The notes: generated from the sequence alone by a model not told the origin. DNA of 64,000 bases from an uncultured Cryomorphaceae bacterium (GCA_937129395.1 CAKZNE010000134.1:18196-82195); one strand, 5' to 3'; positions 30,833 to 39,501 are shown, counted from the stretch's first letter. Numbers and translations are program-made.

Positions 30833-32536
30833 ATGAGCCAGCATCTTTCTGAACAAGAAATCCAAAGACGTGAGGCATTAAACAAGCTTCGAGAAAGAGG
30901 AATAAATCCTTATCCAGCCGATTTATTTCCAGTAAATCACCTATCCAATGAAATAAAGAAGAACTATGAAGAGGGTAAGGAAGTAATAATTGCAGGAAGA
31001 TTGATGCGAAAGAAGGTGCAAGGAAAGGCATCCTTTGGCGATATTCAAGATAGTAAAGGGCGTATTCAGGTTTATTTTAACCGTGAGGAAATTTGCCCCG
31101 ATGAGGATAAATCCCTTTACAATGATGTTTTCAAAAAACTACTAGACCTTGGAGATTTCCTAGGAATTAAAGGGGTGCTTTTTACAACCCAAATGGGAGA
31201 AATTACCGTAATGGTAAAAGAATTTACCCTATTAAGTAAATCATTAAAACCCCTTCCTTTACCTAAAACAGACAAGGATGGTGTGGTACATGATGCCTTC
31301 ACAGACCCTGAATTAAGATACAGACAACGCTATGCCGATTTAGTAGTAAACCCCCATGTAAAAGAAGTTTTTGTAAAAAGAACTTTGCTTTTTAATGCCA
31401 TGCGTAGTTACTTTAATAATCACGGATACTTTGAAGTAGAAACACCTATTCTACAGCCCATTCCTGGAGGAGCCGCAGCTCGCCCATTTATTACCCATCA
31501 CAATTCCTTGGACATGCCTTTGTATTTAAGGATTGCCAATGAGCTTTACTTAAAAAGGTTAATTGTTGGTGGCTTTGACGGTGTTTATGAATTCTCTAAA
31601 AACTTTAGAAATGAGGGAATGGATAGAACTCACAATCCAGAGTTTACTGCGATGGAAATTTATGTGGCTTATAAGGATTACAATTGGATGATGGATTTCA
31701 CCGAAAACCTTTTGGAGCACGTTGCCGTAGCTGTAAACGATTCTGCAGAGGCCCAATTTGGAGAGCATACTATAAATTTCAAAGCCCCTTATAAAAGGGT
31801 AACCATGCGTCAATCTATTATTGATTTTACTGGTTTTGATATCCATGGAAAATCTGAAGCTGAACTAAAAGCCGCTGCAGAAGGAATGGGAATTAAAACC
31901 GACGATAGCATGGGTAAAGGAAAACTAATCGACGAAATATTTGGCGAAAAGTGTGAAGGACAATATATCCAGCCTACTTTTATTACCGACTACCCAGTGG
32001 AAATGTCTCCTTTATGTAAAAAACATAGAGACAACCCAGAACTTACCGAGAGGTTTGAACTAATGGTTTGCGGAAAAGAAATTGCAAACGCTTATTCTGA
32101 GTTAAATGACCCTATTGACCAAAGAGAAAGGTTTGAAGCCCAACTGCAACTTTCGGCAAAAGGAGATGATGAAGCCATGTTTATTGACCAAGATTTCCTT
32201 AGATCCCTAGAATATGGAATGCCTCCTACTTCTGGACTGGGAATTGGAATTGATCGATTGGTTATGTATTTAACCAATAATGCTTCTATTCAAGAAGTGT
32301 TGTTTTTCCCTCAAATGCGTCCCGAAAAAGTAGCATCTGGACCAAGTAAAGGAGATTTTGAAAAATTGGGAGTTCCAGAAAATTGGAGTGAACATGCTAT
32401 GGCAGCCTTTGGAACATTGGAAGCTTTTCAAGAAGCTAAGGCATCCCAAATCCATCAGAAATTAAATGGTTTCCGTAAAAAGAACAAACTAGATATTCCT
32501 GCTTTACAATTAGAGGAAGTAGAAAACTGGAAATAA
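30833..32536 (+). CDS. lysS: Lysine-tRNA ligase (class II) with C-terminal extension
   Basis: OB-fold N-domain, class II motifs (FRNEGMDRTHNPEFT, GLGIGIDRLVM), plus ~70-aa tail after FFPQMRPE. Confidence 0.9.
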   Translation: MSQHLSEQEIQRREALNKLRERGINPYPADLFPVNHLSNEIKKNYEEGKEVIIAGRLMRKKVQGKASFGDIQDSKGRIQVYFNREEICPDEDKSLYNDVFKKLLDLGDFLGIKGVLFTTQMGEITVMVKEFTLLSKSLKPLPLPKTDKDGVVHDAFTDPELRYRQRYADLVVNPHVKEVFVKRTLLFNAMRSYFNNHGYFEVETPILQPIPGGAAARPFITHHNSLDMPLYLRIANELYLKRLIVGGFDGVYEFSKNFRNEGMDRTHNPEFTAMEIYVAYKDYNWMMDFTENLLEHVAVAVNDSAEAQFGEHTINFKAPYKRVTMRQSIIDFTGFDIHGKSEAELKAAAEGMGIKTDDSMGKGKLIDEIFGEKCEGQYIQPTFITDYPVEMSPLCKKHRDNPELTERFELMVCGKEIANAYSELNDPIDQRERFEAQLQLSAKGDDEAMFIDQDFLRSLEYGMPPTSGLGIGIDRLVMYLTNNASIQEVLFFPQMRPEKVASGPSKGDFEKLGVPENWSEHAMAAFGTLEAFQEAKASQIHQKLNGFRKKNKLDIPALQLEEVENWK

Positions 32537-32558
32537 AACATTTCCAAATAAATATTAA

Positions 32559-32590
32559 AGCGCGATCCGTAAAGGTTCGCGCTTTTTTTA
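32559..32590 (+). terminator. Rho-independent terminator after lysS
   Basis: Stem AGCGCGA/TCGCGCT followed by a T7 run. Confidence 0.75.
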
Positions 32591-32763
32591 TTCCTCAAAC
32601 CTAAAAAAGATAAAATAAAACACATTTTTTTAGGTCCTTAATTCCTTGTCTCTCAACATTTTGTAAGACTTTTCATTCTTTTTATGGAAACTATTTCTAC
32701 CTAAGTCAATCCACTTGACTCTTTTTCTCTGTAGGTATATTAAATCATAAAAAGTAATTTAAA

Positions 32764-33417
32764 ATGAAAATCAAATCTTTAGTAGCCTTCGGTGCACTAG
32801 TAGTGTTTTCTTCAATTTATCTCTATGCAGCAGATCATATTGAAGCACCAGGAGTAAGCGGAACAACATCGGATATTACCGATTATTACGCATTCGAAAG
32901 TCCAGAAAACAGCTCCAATATTGTATTGGTTGCCAACCTTCAAGGATTATTATCACCTACCGCCACAGCATCCGCCACATTTGACGAAAACGTAATGGTA
33001 GAATTTAATATTGATACCAACGATGATAAGGTTGAAGACCTCGTTGTACAATGTTATTTTAAAGATGGTAAAATGATGGTTTACGGACCTGTTGCCCCAA
33101 CAAAAACTGGCGTAACTAGTCAATTAGAGGATGGCGCATCTTCTGTAAGTGTAAATGTTTCTGCTTATCAGCAAAGTCCAATTATGGCCACCGCAAACGG
33201 AGTAAAGGCTTTTGCTGGACCACGTGACGATCCTTTCTTTATGGATTTCAGTCAGTTTGGAGAAATTTTAGCCGGAAATGCAAGTGGATTTAACGATCCT
33301 GGTATGGACACTTTTGCTGGAACCAATGTAATGTCTGTTGTAGTTGAGGTTCCTAAATCTCAGATTGGAGGAACAGGAACAATCAATACTTGGGTAACCA
33401 GTAACAGAAAACAATAA
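32764..33417 (+). CDS. Secreted DUF4331-like protein, N-terminal-half type
   Basis: Sec signal ..SSIYLYA, then ADHIEAP..SDITDYYAF, acidic loop NIDTNDDKVEDL, AGPRDDPFFMDF. These match my recollection of the first half of DUF4331. Confidence 0.6.
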   Translation: MKIKSLVAFGALVVFSSIYLYAADHIEAPGVSGTTSDITDYYAFESPENSSNIVLVANLQGLLSPTATASATFDENVMVEFNIDTNDDKVEDLVVQCYFKDGKMMVYGPVAPTKTGVTSQLEDGASSVSVNVSAYQQSPIMATANGVKAFAGPRDDPFFMDFSQFGEILAGNASGFNDPGMDTFAGTNVMSVVVEVPKSQIGGTGTINTWVTSNRKQ

Positions 33418-33442
33418 TAACAAGCTCAAAAAAAAATTAACG

Positions 33443-33997
33443 ATGAAAAGTATATTTAATAAAATGCTTCTTGCCACAGTGGTAAGTTTCAGCATCATGG
33501 GAATCAGTTCTTGCGAAAAGGACGATGATAATGATGACACAACAACAACAAATCCTACAAAGATTCTTTTTGCACAAGAAGACCAGATGGGTAGACCGGC
33601 GATTAATACGGTTTTTGTAGATGCTAATCAGAAAGACAATTTCAATGTAACAATTCCTTCGGAGCAAGGAGCTATGTTTCAGTCTGCTTTTGAAGCTCGT
33701 TTATTGGCTTTAAATGCTGGTTATACAACAAACCTTTTAACGCTGGATGCGAACACCTTTACTTCGGTTTTGGCAACAGATGTTTTAACGGTTTCCCTTG
33801 ATGGACCTACAACCTTCTACGATGGAACGAATGTTCTTACAGGTCGTAAATTGGATGATGATGTAGTAGATGTAGAATTTATTCTAGTTTTTGGAGGACC
33901 AATGGCTAGCGATAACCCAGGCCTAACTTCGGATAATGTTGGTATGAATGACAAACCATTCTTGAGCACCTTCCCTTATTTGGCTGCCCCATTTTAA
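33443..33997 (+). CDS. Lipoprotein, DUF4331-like C-terminal-half type
   Basis: Lipobox SIMGISSC, acidic/Thr linker, MGRPAINTVFV..KDNFN, GRKLDDDVVDV, C-terminal FPYLAAPF. These match my recollection of the second half of DUF4331. Confidence 0.55.
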   Translation: MKSIFNKMLLATVVSFSIMGISSCEKDDDNDDTTTTNPTKILFAQEDQMGRPAINTVFVDANQKDNFNVTIPSEQGAMFQSAFEARLLALNAGYTTNLLTLDANTFTSVLATDVLTVSLDGPTTFYDGTNVLTGRKLDDDVVDVEFILVFGGPMASDNPGLTSDNVGMNDKPFLSTFPYLAAPF

Positions 33998-34002
33998 TTC
34001 AT

Positions 34003-34033
34003 TCGCGCCGATTCTTTAGAAGTTTCGGCGCGA
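34003..34033 (+). promoter_or_regulatory. Perfect 9-bp hairpin inside the DUF4331-TPR spacer (attenuator or processing site candidate)
   Basis: TCGCGCCGA, 13-nt loop, TCGGCGCGA. Only a weak T-tract follows (TTAATTT). Confidence 0.45.
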
Positions 34034-34049
34034 TTAATTTCCACCAATT

Positions 34050-35336
34050 ATGAAAACAGTAATCCCAACAATAGCATTAATAGTGGTAGGTCTTATCATT
34101 TTCCTATCCTTTAAACTCGAGAAAAAGATTCTTGTACAAAGTCTTGATTATCAAACTTATTTAACCCAAAACAACTCGCCTACCAACGATCAAAAAGAAA
34201 TTGACTTTTGGAGTTCTAAATTAAGTCTTGATAGTAATTGTACCGCCTGCAAGCTAAAAATTGCATCAGCCTTAAGTAAAAGGTTTAAAGAAAAATCAAA
34301 TATTAAAGACTTATTAAAAGCAGATTCCATCTTACAAACTTGTTTGGATCAAAAACTTGGAATTACCTCTGTTTACCACAGTTTGGCTTCCATCTCTGTT
34401 ACCCGCCATAATTTTCAAGATTCTTGGGATTACAGTCAAAAAGCCCTAGAAGTTGGTGAGAAAAAAGATGTGACTTATTTCTTGCTTTTTGATGCGGCCA
34501 TGGAGCTTGGTCATTATAAACAAGCAGAATCATTTTTAAATCGCTTCAAAGACAAAAACTCCTTTAATTATTTATTGCGAGCCTCTAAGTTGGAGGATAA
34601 AAAAGGTGATTTAGACAATGCTATTCACTTGATGGAATTGGCTTTGAAGAAGGCCGAAGGAAATGATGAATTATATGTTTGGGCCATTTCCAATTTGGGA
34701 GATATGTACGGTCATGCTGGAGAAATAGAACAATCTTATGATGCCTTTTTAAGGGCCTTAAAAATTAATCCGAATCATTCTCATTCCAAGATGGGTTTAG
34801 CATGGATTTCATTTTCCCACGATAGAAACCCAAAAGTAGCACGGGAAATTATTAAAAACATATATACCCAAAAACCTGATCCACAGCTAAAACTAATGCT
34901 CGCCGAAATTGCAGAGTATGAAAAAAACTTTGAGCTAAGTGAGCTTCTTGAAGAAGATTATTACAATGAAGTATCAGAATCCGATTTTGGTTTTATGTAT
35001 AGCAAATACTTAATTCTTATTGATGCGGAAAATGACCCTAAAAAGGCTGTAAAAAGATCCTTAGAAGAAATAAATAGAAGAGCCACCCCAGAAACCTACG
35101 ATCTATTGGCTTGGTCTTATTTTAAAAACAAACAATTGGTTGAAGCCCTAAAAATTGCTGAAAACCACGTGGTTGGAAAAACGTCTGAGCCTGAAACCTT
35201 ATTTCATTTAGGAATGATTTATAAGGCAAACGGAAATATTTCAAAATCCGAAGCCTATTTAAAAGAAGCTTTGGAAAGCGAGTATGAATTAGGTCCAATT
35301 GCAAGCCATGAAATTCACAGTGCCTTAAAATCTTAA
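34050..35336 (+). CDS. Membrane-anchored tetratricopeptide-repeat protein
   Basis: N-terminal TM IALIVVGLIIFLSF, then multiple TPR-like helical repeats (e.g. YDAFLRALKINPNHSHSKMGLAWI). Confidence 0.65.
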   Translation: MKTVIPTIALIVVGLIIFLSFKLEKKILVQSLDYQTYLTQNNSPTNDQKEIDFWSSKLSLDSNCTACKLKIASALSKRFKEKSNIKDLLKADSILQTCLDQKLGITSVYHSLASISVTRHNFQDSWDYSQKALEVGEKKDVTYFLLFDAAMELGHYKQAESFLNRFKDKNSFNYLLRASKLEDKKGDLDNAIHLMELALKKAEGNDELYVWAISNLGDMYGHAGEIEQSYDAFLRALKINPNHSHSKMGLAWISFSHDRNPKVAREIIKNIYTQKPDPQLKLMLAEIAEYEKNFELSELLEEDYYNEVSESDFGFMYSKYLILIDAENDPKKAVKRSLEEINRRATPETYDLLAWSYFKNKQLVEALKIAENHVVGKTSEPETLFHLGMIYKANGNISKSEAYLKEALESEYELGPIASHEIHSALKS

Positions 35337-35340
35337 AACA

Positions 35341-37590
35341 ATGAAACTTCCTACCCAACATTTAATTATTCTTCTTTTACTTAGTTTTTCACTTAACGCT
35401 CAAGATTATTCAATCAGCGGATTGGTAATAGACCAAAACTCATGTGAACCTCTTTACGGCGCTAAGGTAAGTTTGGTAAATGCAGAAGTAAACGCCTATA
35501 GCAATCAACAAGGAATTTTTAAATTCTCGAAATTAAACCCAGGAGATTATCAACTAAAAGTGAGCTACTTAGGCTATACCAATTCTATAGTTGAGGTAGA
35601 AGCCAAAAGAAATTCTGAAACACCTATTGAGCTTAAACTAGAACCTAAATCCTATCAGCTAAAAGATGTAAATCTCAATGCAAATGGATCCTTAATAAAC
35701 ACCTCTATCAGTCTTTTTGATATGACCGTACAACCAGTAAAAAGTTCCCAAGACATTTTGCGGATTGTACCAGGCTTGTTTATTGCCCAACATGCTGGAG
35801 GGGGTAAAGCAGAACAAATTTTCCTGCGCGGTTTTGATATAGACCATGGAACAGATATAGCCCTTTCATTGGATGGTACTCCCATAAATATGGTCTCCCA
35901 CGCTCATGGCCAAGGTTATTCAGATTTACATTTTATTATCCCGGAAACGGTGGAAAAAGTGGAGTTTAACAAAGGGCCCTATTATACAGAACAAGGAAAT
36001 TTTAATACAGCTGGATACGCTTCCTTTCAAACCAAGAAAAACCTCGAGTCCAATTTAATAAAAATTGAAGGTGGGCAATTTGGGAGATTAAGAACCTTAG
36101 GGATGTTCAATCTTTTGGACCCCAAAAAACAAAATAAGAGCAAACTTTATTTGGCTAGTGAATTTGTTAGAAGTGATGGTTATTTTGAAAGTCCACAAAA
36201 CTTTAAAAGGTTTAATTCATTTTTAAAATTCCAACAAATTCTGGGTTCAAATCAGCTTCTTGAAACCACTTTAAGCGCCTTTAATAGCAGCTGGAATGCA
36301 TCGGGACAAATTCCGATTCGGGCTGTAGAGTCTGGAATGATCACACGTTTTGGGGCTATTGATGATACCGAAGGAGGAGAGACTCAGCGTTTTGCCTTTA
36401 ACAGTAAACTCACAACCCAAATTGATTACAAATCAAGCCTAAGCAATCAAATCTTTATCAATAAATCCAATTTTAAATTGCTTTCCAACTTTACCTTTTT
36501 CTTAGAAAACCCAGTATTAGGAGATCAGATTACACAATCTGAAAACAGAATTACTTACGGTAGTAATAACAGCTATACCCGAAGCAACTCTATTTCTGGT
36601 TTGGACGGAAAACTAAAAGCTGGAATTAATTTAAGAAGAGATGTGGTAAACGACAGCAGGCTGTTTCGATCGTCTAATGAGTTTGGAGAATTGAATGATA
36701 TTTCCAGAGGCGATATTGAGGAAACTAACCTTCAGTTTTATGTTCAAGAAGATATTAAACTAAGTCAAAGGCTTCGTTTTTTGGCAGGGTTGCGTTACGA
36801 TTATTTTCTTTTCGATTATAGCGATAAACTAAACAACAGCAACACTTTTGAAGGAGAAGCTCAGTTAAGTCCGAAGTTTCAACTTTCCTATGATTTGAAT
36901 GAAAACTTAAATCTTTATACAAAATACGGGCTGGGTTATCACTCTAATGATAGCCGATTAATTACCGGAAATAACAGAAACAATAGACTAGCCCAAGCAC
37001 AGGGTTTTGATATTGGAACCTATTGGAGGCCCAATGAAAAAGTACTGATAAATATGGCTGTTTGGAACCTGGATTTGGAAGATGAATTGGTATATGTAGG
37101 TGATGAAGGAATTGTAGAATCAAGCGGAGCAACAAGGCGAATGGGGCTTGATTTTTCGATGAGATATCAGCTTCTAGAATATTTATCAGGTACCATTGAC
37201 GCTAATTACGCTTTCGCCAGATCTAAAAATTCTCCAAAAGGAGAAAACTATATTCCTCTTGCGCCAAGCTTCAGTTCACTAGGAAAACTGAGTTTCTTTA
37301 AAAACAATTTTACAGCTTCTATTCAATATAGATATATAGCTGATAGGGCCGCTAATGAAAACAATTCCCTTAGAGCAGAAGGTTATATCCTAAATGATTT
37401 GAACCTAAAATATGATTTAGGAAAAGTATCCTTCGGTATAAGCATTGAAAATTTATGGAATACAGAGTGGAAAGAAGCACAATTTGAAACAACATCCAGA
37501 TTGCAAAACGAAACAAAGGCGGTAACGGAGATCCATTATACTCCTGGTACTCCTTTTCAAGGATTGGCCTCGATAAGTGTGAAGTTTTAA
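35341..37590 (+). CDS. TonB-dependent receptor with N-terminal carboxypeptidase-regulatory-like domain
   Basis: Signal peptide; ISGLVID..YGAKVSL..GDYQLKVSYLGY (CarbopepD_reg-like); plug FLRGFDIDHGTDIALSLDGTPIN; long beta-barrel ending in VKF. Starts 4 nt after the TPR stop. Confidence 0.8.
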   Translation: MKLPTQHLIILLLLSFSLNAQDYSISGLVIDQNSCEPLYGAKVSLVNAEVNAYSNQQGIFKFSKLNPGDYQLKVSYLGYTNSIVEVEAKRNSETPIELKLEPKSYQLKDVNLNANGSLINTSISLFDMTVQPVKSSQDILRIVPGLFIAQHAGGGKAEQIFLRGFDIDHGTDIALSLDGTPINMVSHAHGQGYSDLHFIIPETVEKVEFNKGPYYTEQGNFNTAGYASFQTKKNLESNLIKIEGGQFGRLRTLGMFNLLDPKKQNKSKLYLASEFVRSDGYFESPQNFKRFNSFLKFQQILGSNQLLETTLSAFNSSWNASGQIPIRAVESGMITRFGAIDDTEGGETQRFAFNSKLTTQIDYKSSLSNQIFINKSNFKLLSNFTFFLENPVLGDQITQSENRITYGSNNSYTRSNSISGLDGKLKAGINLRRDVVNDSRLFRSSNEFGELNDISRGDIEETNLQFYVQEDIKLSQRLRFLAGLRYDYFLFDYSDKLNNSNTFEGEAQLSPKFQLSYDLNENLNLYTKYGLGYHSNDSRLITGNNRNNRLAQAQGFDIGTYWRPNEKVLINMAVWNLDLEDELVYVGDEGIVESSGATRRMGLDFSMRYQLLEYLSGTIDANYAFARSKNSPKGENYIPLAPSFSSLGKLSFFKNNFTASIQYRYIADRAANENNSLRAEGYILNDLNLKYDLGKVSFGISIENLWNTEWKEAQFETTSRLQNETKAVTEIHYTPGTPFQGLASISVKF

Positions 37591-37596
37591 ATGAGA

Positions 37597-37633
37597 ATTG
37601 AGGGTGGAAGGTAGAGTGTGAAGTGTGAAACCC
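37597..37633 (+). repeat. GT-rich element, direct copy A
   Basis: ATTGAGGGTGGAAGGTAGAGTGTGAAGTGTGAAACCC. Confidence 0.5.
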
Positions 37634-37663
37634 TAAGTCCTCCAACTCACGCCGTAAAAAATT

Positions 37664-37693
37664 ATTGAGTGTGAAGGGTCAAGTGTGGTGGGT
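37664..37693 (+). repeat. GT-rich element, direct copy B (5' arm of long hairpin)
   Basis: ATTGAGTGTGAAGGGTCAAGTGTGGTGGGT. Positions 37667-37679 pair 12/13 with 37728-37740. Confidence 0.5.
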
Positions 37694-37716
37694 TTTTATT
37701 TAGCAAGGTTCTAAAT

Positions 37717-37740
37717 CCTCAATACTTACCCTTCAAACTC
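37717..37740 (-). repeat. GT-rich element, inverted copy (3' arm of long hairpin)
   Basis: Reverse complement GAGTTTGAAGGGTAAGTATTGAGG matches copies A and B. Confidence 0.5.
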
Positions 37741-37753
37741 TTGCTTCAAAATA

Positions 37754-37801
37754 TTTGTTTGGTAGGCAGATTGTTAGGTCGTTCATTTTATTGGGCGGCC
37801 T
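37754..37801 (+). repeat. Hairpin-bearing ~50-nt element, copy 1
   Basis: TTTGTTTGGTAGGCAGATTGTTAGGTCGTTC..GGGCGGCCT aligns with copy 2. The stem needs G-U pairs that only form in a plus-strand RNA. Confidence 0.55.
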
Positions 37802-37848
37802 AATACTACCTCCAAAAGAGAAAAAAAGGAAGGGATTTAATGTATTAG

Positions 37849-37900
37849 TTTGTTTTGGTTGGTAGATTGGTTAAGGTCGTTCCTTTGTTTTGGACGGCCT
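37849..37900 (+). repeat. Hairpin-bearing ~50-nt element, copy 2
   Basis: TTTGTTTTGGTTGGTAGATTGGTTAAGGTCGTTCC..GGACGGCCT, followed by TTTTCC. Confidence 0.55.
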
Positions 37901-37997
37901 TTTCCAGTTTAAATCAATTAAGAAAGGGGTCCATAGATTTGGTTTAACCAATTGGCTTTTTCTTATTTCCGAAATAAGGGGGTAAACTAAATTGCGA

Positions 37998-38822
37998 TTA
38001 AACCTTGCCTGCTACTTGCATGGTTTCCAGACTTGGAACAGGACTTCCTCCTCTATTCTCAATGGTTACAGCAAAAAGGGAAGCTCCAGAAGCATTTTTC
38101 ATTTTTAGTAAATCTTTTGTTCCTGGATCAAAAACACCTACATCTACTGGCTTTCCATCTACTATGGCCCACAATTGATATTGCTTTTCTTGGGGCAGTG
38201 CTTTAAGGTTTCCCGCAATAAGGTAGGTCTCTTCAGTTACGGCATTCCAGTAAACATTTGCGGCATAATTGGCGTTGGTATCTACTGCGGCCATTTTAAT
38301 TTGCTTGAAATCTATATCAGCAAAAATCTCTGAATTGCGCTGTAAAATGTCAATTCTTTGGTTCACCAAATTCAATTCATCGGATAGAATTTGTGATGAA
38401 ACTTTCATTTCAAAATTATCCTTATCCGCCTTTTCAAGTTTTTTATGGTAATCGTAAGCCATATAAGAACTAAAGAGAGTAGTAACCACAGAAGCGGCAA
38501 CCATGTATTTCCATACTGGACTAGGTTTTGGTCCGGCTAAATATTTAACTACAGGCTCTGATTTTTCCTCTTTCTCAATTGGTTTTTCCCCTTCTTTTGC
38601 AACATCAATTTTACTAAAAATAGAATCTTTTAAATCTACCGGTAATTCCATAGCCGTTTCCAAAGCCAAAATTTCCAAACCTTCCTCTATGGAGTTAAGT
38701 TCAATTTTTAGTTCTGGGTGTTTTTCCAATAATACCTCTACCTCTTGCCTTTCCTCAGCAGTAAGCTGATCAAGGGCGTAGGATTCTAGTATTCCGGTTG
38801 CTATGTATTCTTCTAAATTCAC
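37998..38822 (-). CDS. Anti-sigma factor, RskA-like (GTG start)
   Basis: N-terminal anti-sigma helix region, TM MVAASVVTTLFSSYMAY, C-terminal YQLWAIVDGKPVDVGVF typical of the RskA extracytoplasmic domain. Start abuts the sigma stop. Confidence 0.7.
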   Translation of the reverse strand: MNLEEYIATGILESYALDQLTAEERQEVEVLLEKHPELKIELNSIEEGLEILALETAMELPVDLKDSIFSKIDVAKEGEKPIEKEEKSEPVVKYLAGPKPSPVWKYMVAASVVTTLFSSYMAYDYHKKLEKADKDNFEMKVSSQILSDELNLVNQRIDILQRNSEIFADIDFKQIKMAAVDTNANYAANVYWNAVTEETYLIAGNLKALPQEKQYQLWAIVDGKPVDVGVFDPGTKDLLKMKNASGASLFAVTIENRGGSPVPSLETMQVAGKV

Positions 38823-39377
38823 TTAAATATTCTGTTTCTTTCTCAATAGTTTTAATGCTGCTCTTAATCGAGACTTTACGGTACCAAGAGGTATTTCAAA
38901 ATCATTCGCCACTTCTGAGTGGGAATAACCTTCGAAATAAACCTTTTGAAGAACAAACTGATGATCTGGTTCCAGATTAGTGATAAGTTCTTTTACCCCT
39001 AAACCTTCAATTTTATCTTGAGTTTGGTCGTCGCCTACATTATATACGTAATTGTCTAGGCTATCGGTTTTAGTCGATCGCTTAATTTCCTTAGACCTTA
39101 TTTTATTTATGGCTTCGTTTCTGGCGATATTCAACATCCAAGTAAAAAATTTACCCTTGGATGGATCATAAGAGTCAATCTTATTCCAGATTTTTAAAAA
39201 TACATCTTGAACAACCTCTCTACTTACCTCTACATCATTTACAATTCTGTTTGCAATTCCATACAGAGCAGCACCGTATTTATCATATACATAGGAAAGC
39301 GCATCTTTATCCTGATCTTTCAACCTAGACACAAGTTGTTCCTCGGGTATAATATTGGATGTGGTGCTATTATTCAA
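38823..39377 (-). CDS. ECF-type sigma-70 family factor (TTG start)
   Basis: Region 2 VVQDVFLKIWNKIDSYD and region 4 YFEGYSHSEVANDFEIPLGTVKSRLR. TTG is the only start candidate after the upstream in-frame stop. Confidence 0.8.
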   Translation of the reverse strand: MNNSTTSNIIPEEQLVSRLKDQDKDALSYVYDKYGAALYGIANRIVNDVEVSREVVQDVFLKIWNKIDSYDPSKGKFFTWMLNIARNEAINKIRSKEIKRSTKTDSLDNYVYNVGDDQTQDKIEGLGVKELITNLEPDHQFVLQKVYFEGYSHSEVANDFEIPLGTVKSRLRAALKLLRKKQNI

Positions 39378-39445
39378 GCGATCCTTTTCAGTTGTTCTTT
39401 GTGTGGGATACGAAAATACTTATAATTTAATTAGTTCGAACAAAG

Positions 39446-39479
39446 CAAAAAAAAACCTCGAAGCCAGGCCCCGAGGTTT
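39446..39479 (-). terminator. Terminator between the small secreted-protein gene and the ECF sigma gene
   Basis: Reverse strand: stem AACCTCG/CGAGGTT, then a T9 run. Confidence 0.65.
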
Positions 39480-39501
39480 CCACAATTAAACCAAATCTCA
39501 A

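Noticed and set aside
33268-33667. Minus-strand ORFs 33268..33540 and 33437..33667 across the DUF4331 pair junction
   Set aside because: They are antisense to two ORFs with clear export signals and family motifs, and their products are Cys/Ile-rich nonsense.
32764-33997. The DUF4331 pair as a frameshifted pseudogene of one gene
   Set aside because: The second ORF begins with its own complete lipoprotein signal peptide (lipobox GISSC) after a 25-nt spacer. A simple frameshift would not create that. I therefore treat it as a genuine two-gene split, pending profile checks.
37591-37997. Possible CRISPR array or coding gene in the repeat-rich spacer
   Set aside because: There are only two or three imperfect copies of two different units, with irregular spacing and no cas genes. 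The only ATG-initiated frame stops after 7 codons. It is kept as a structured non-coding region instead.
39431-39445. tRNA-like TTCGAA (T-loop-like) sequence
   Set aside because: The flanks do not form a T-arm, and no acceptor or anticodon arms can be drawn. No tRNA is evident in any spacer of the window.
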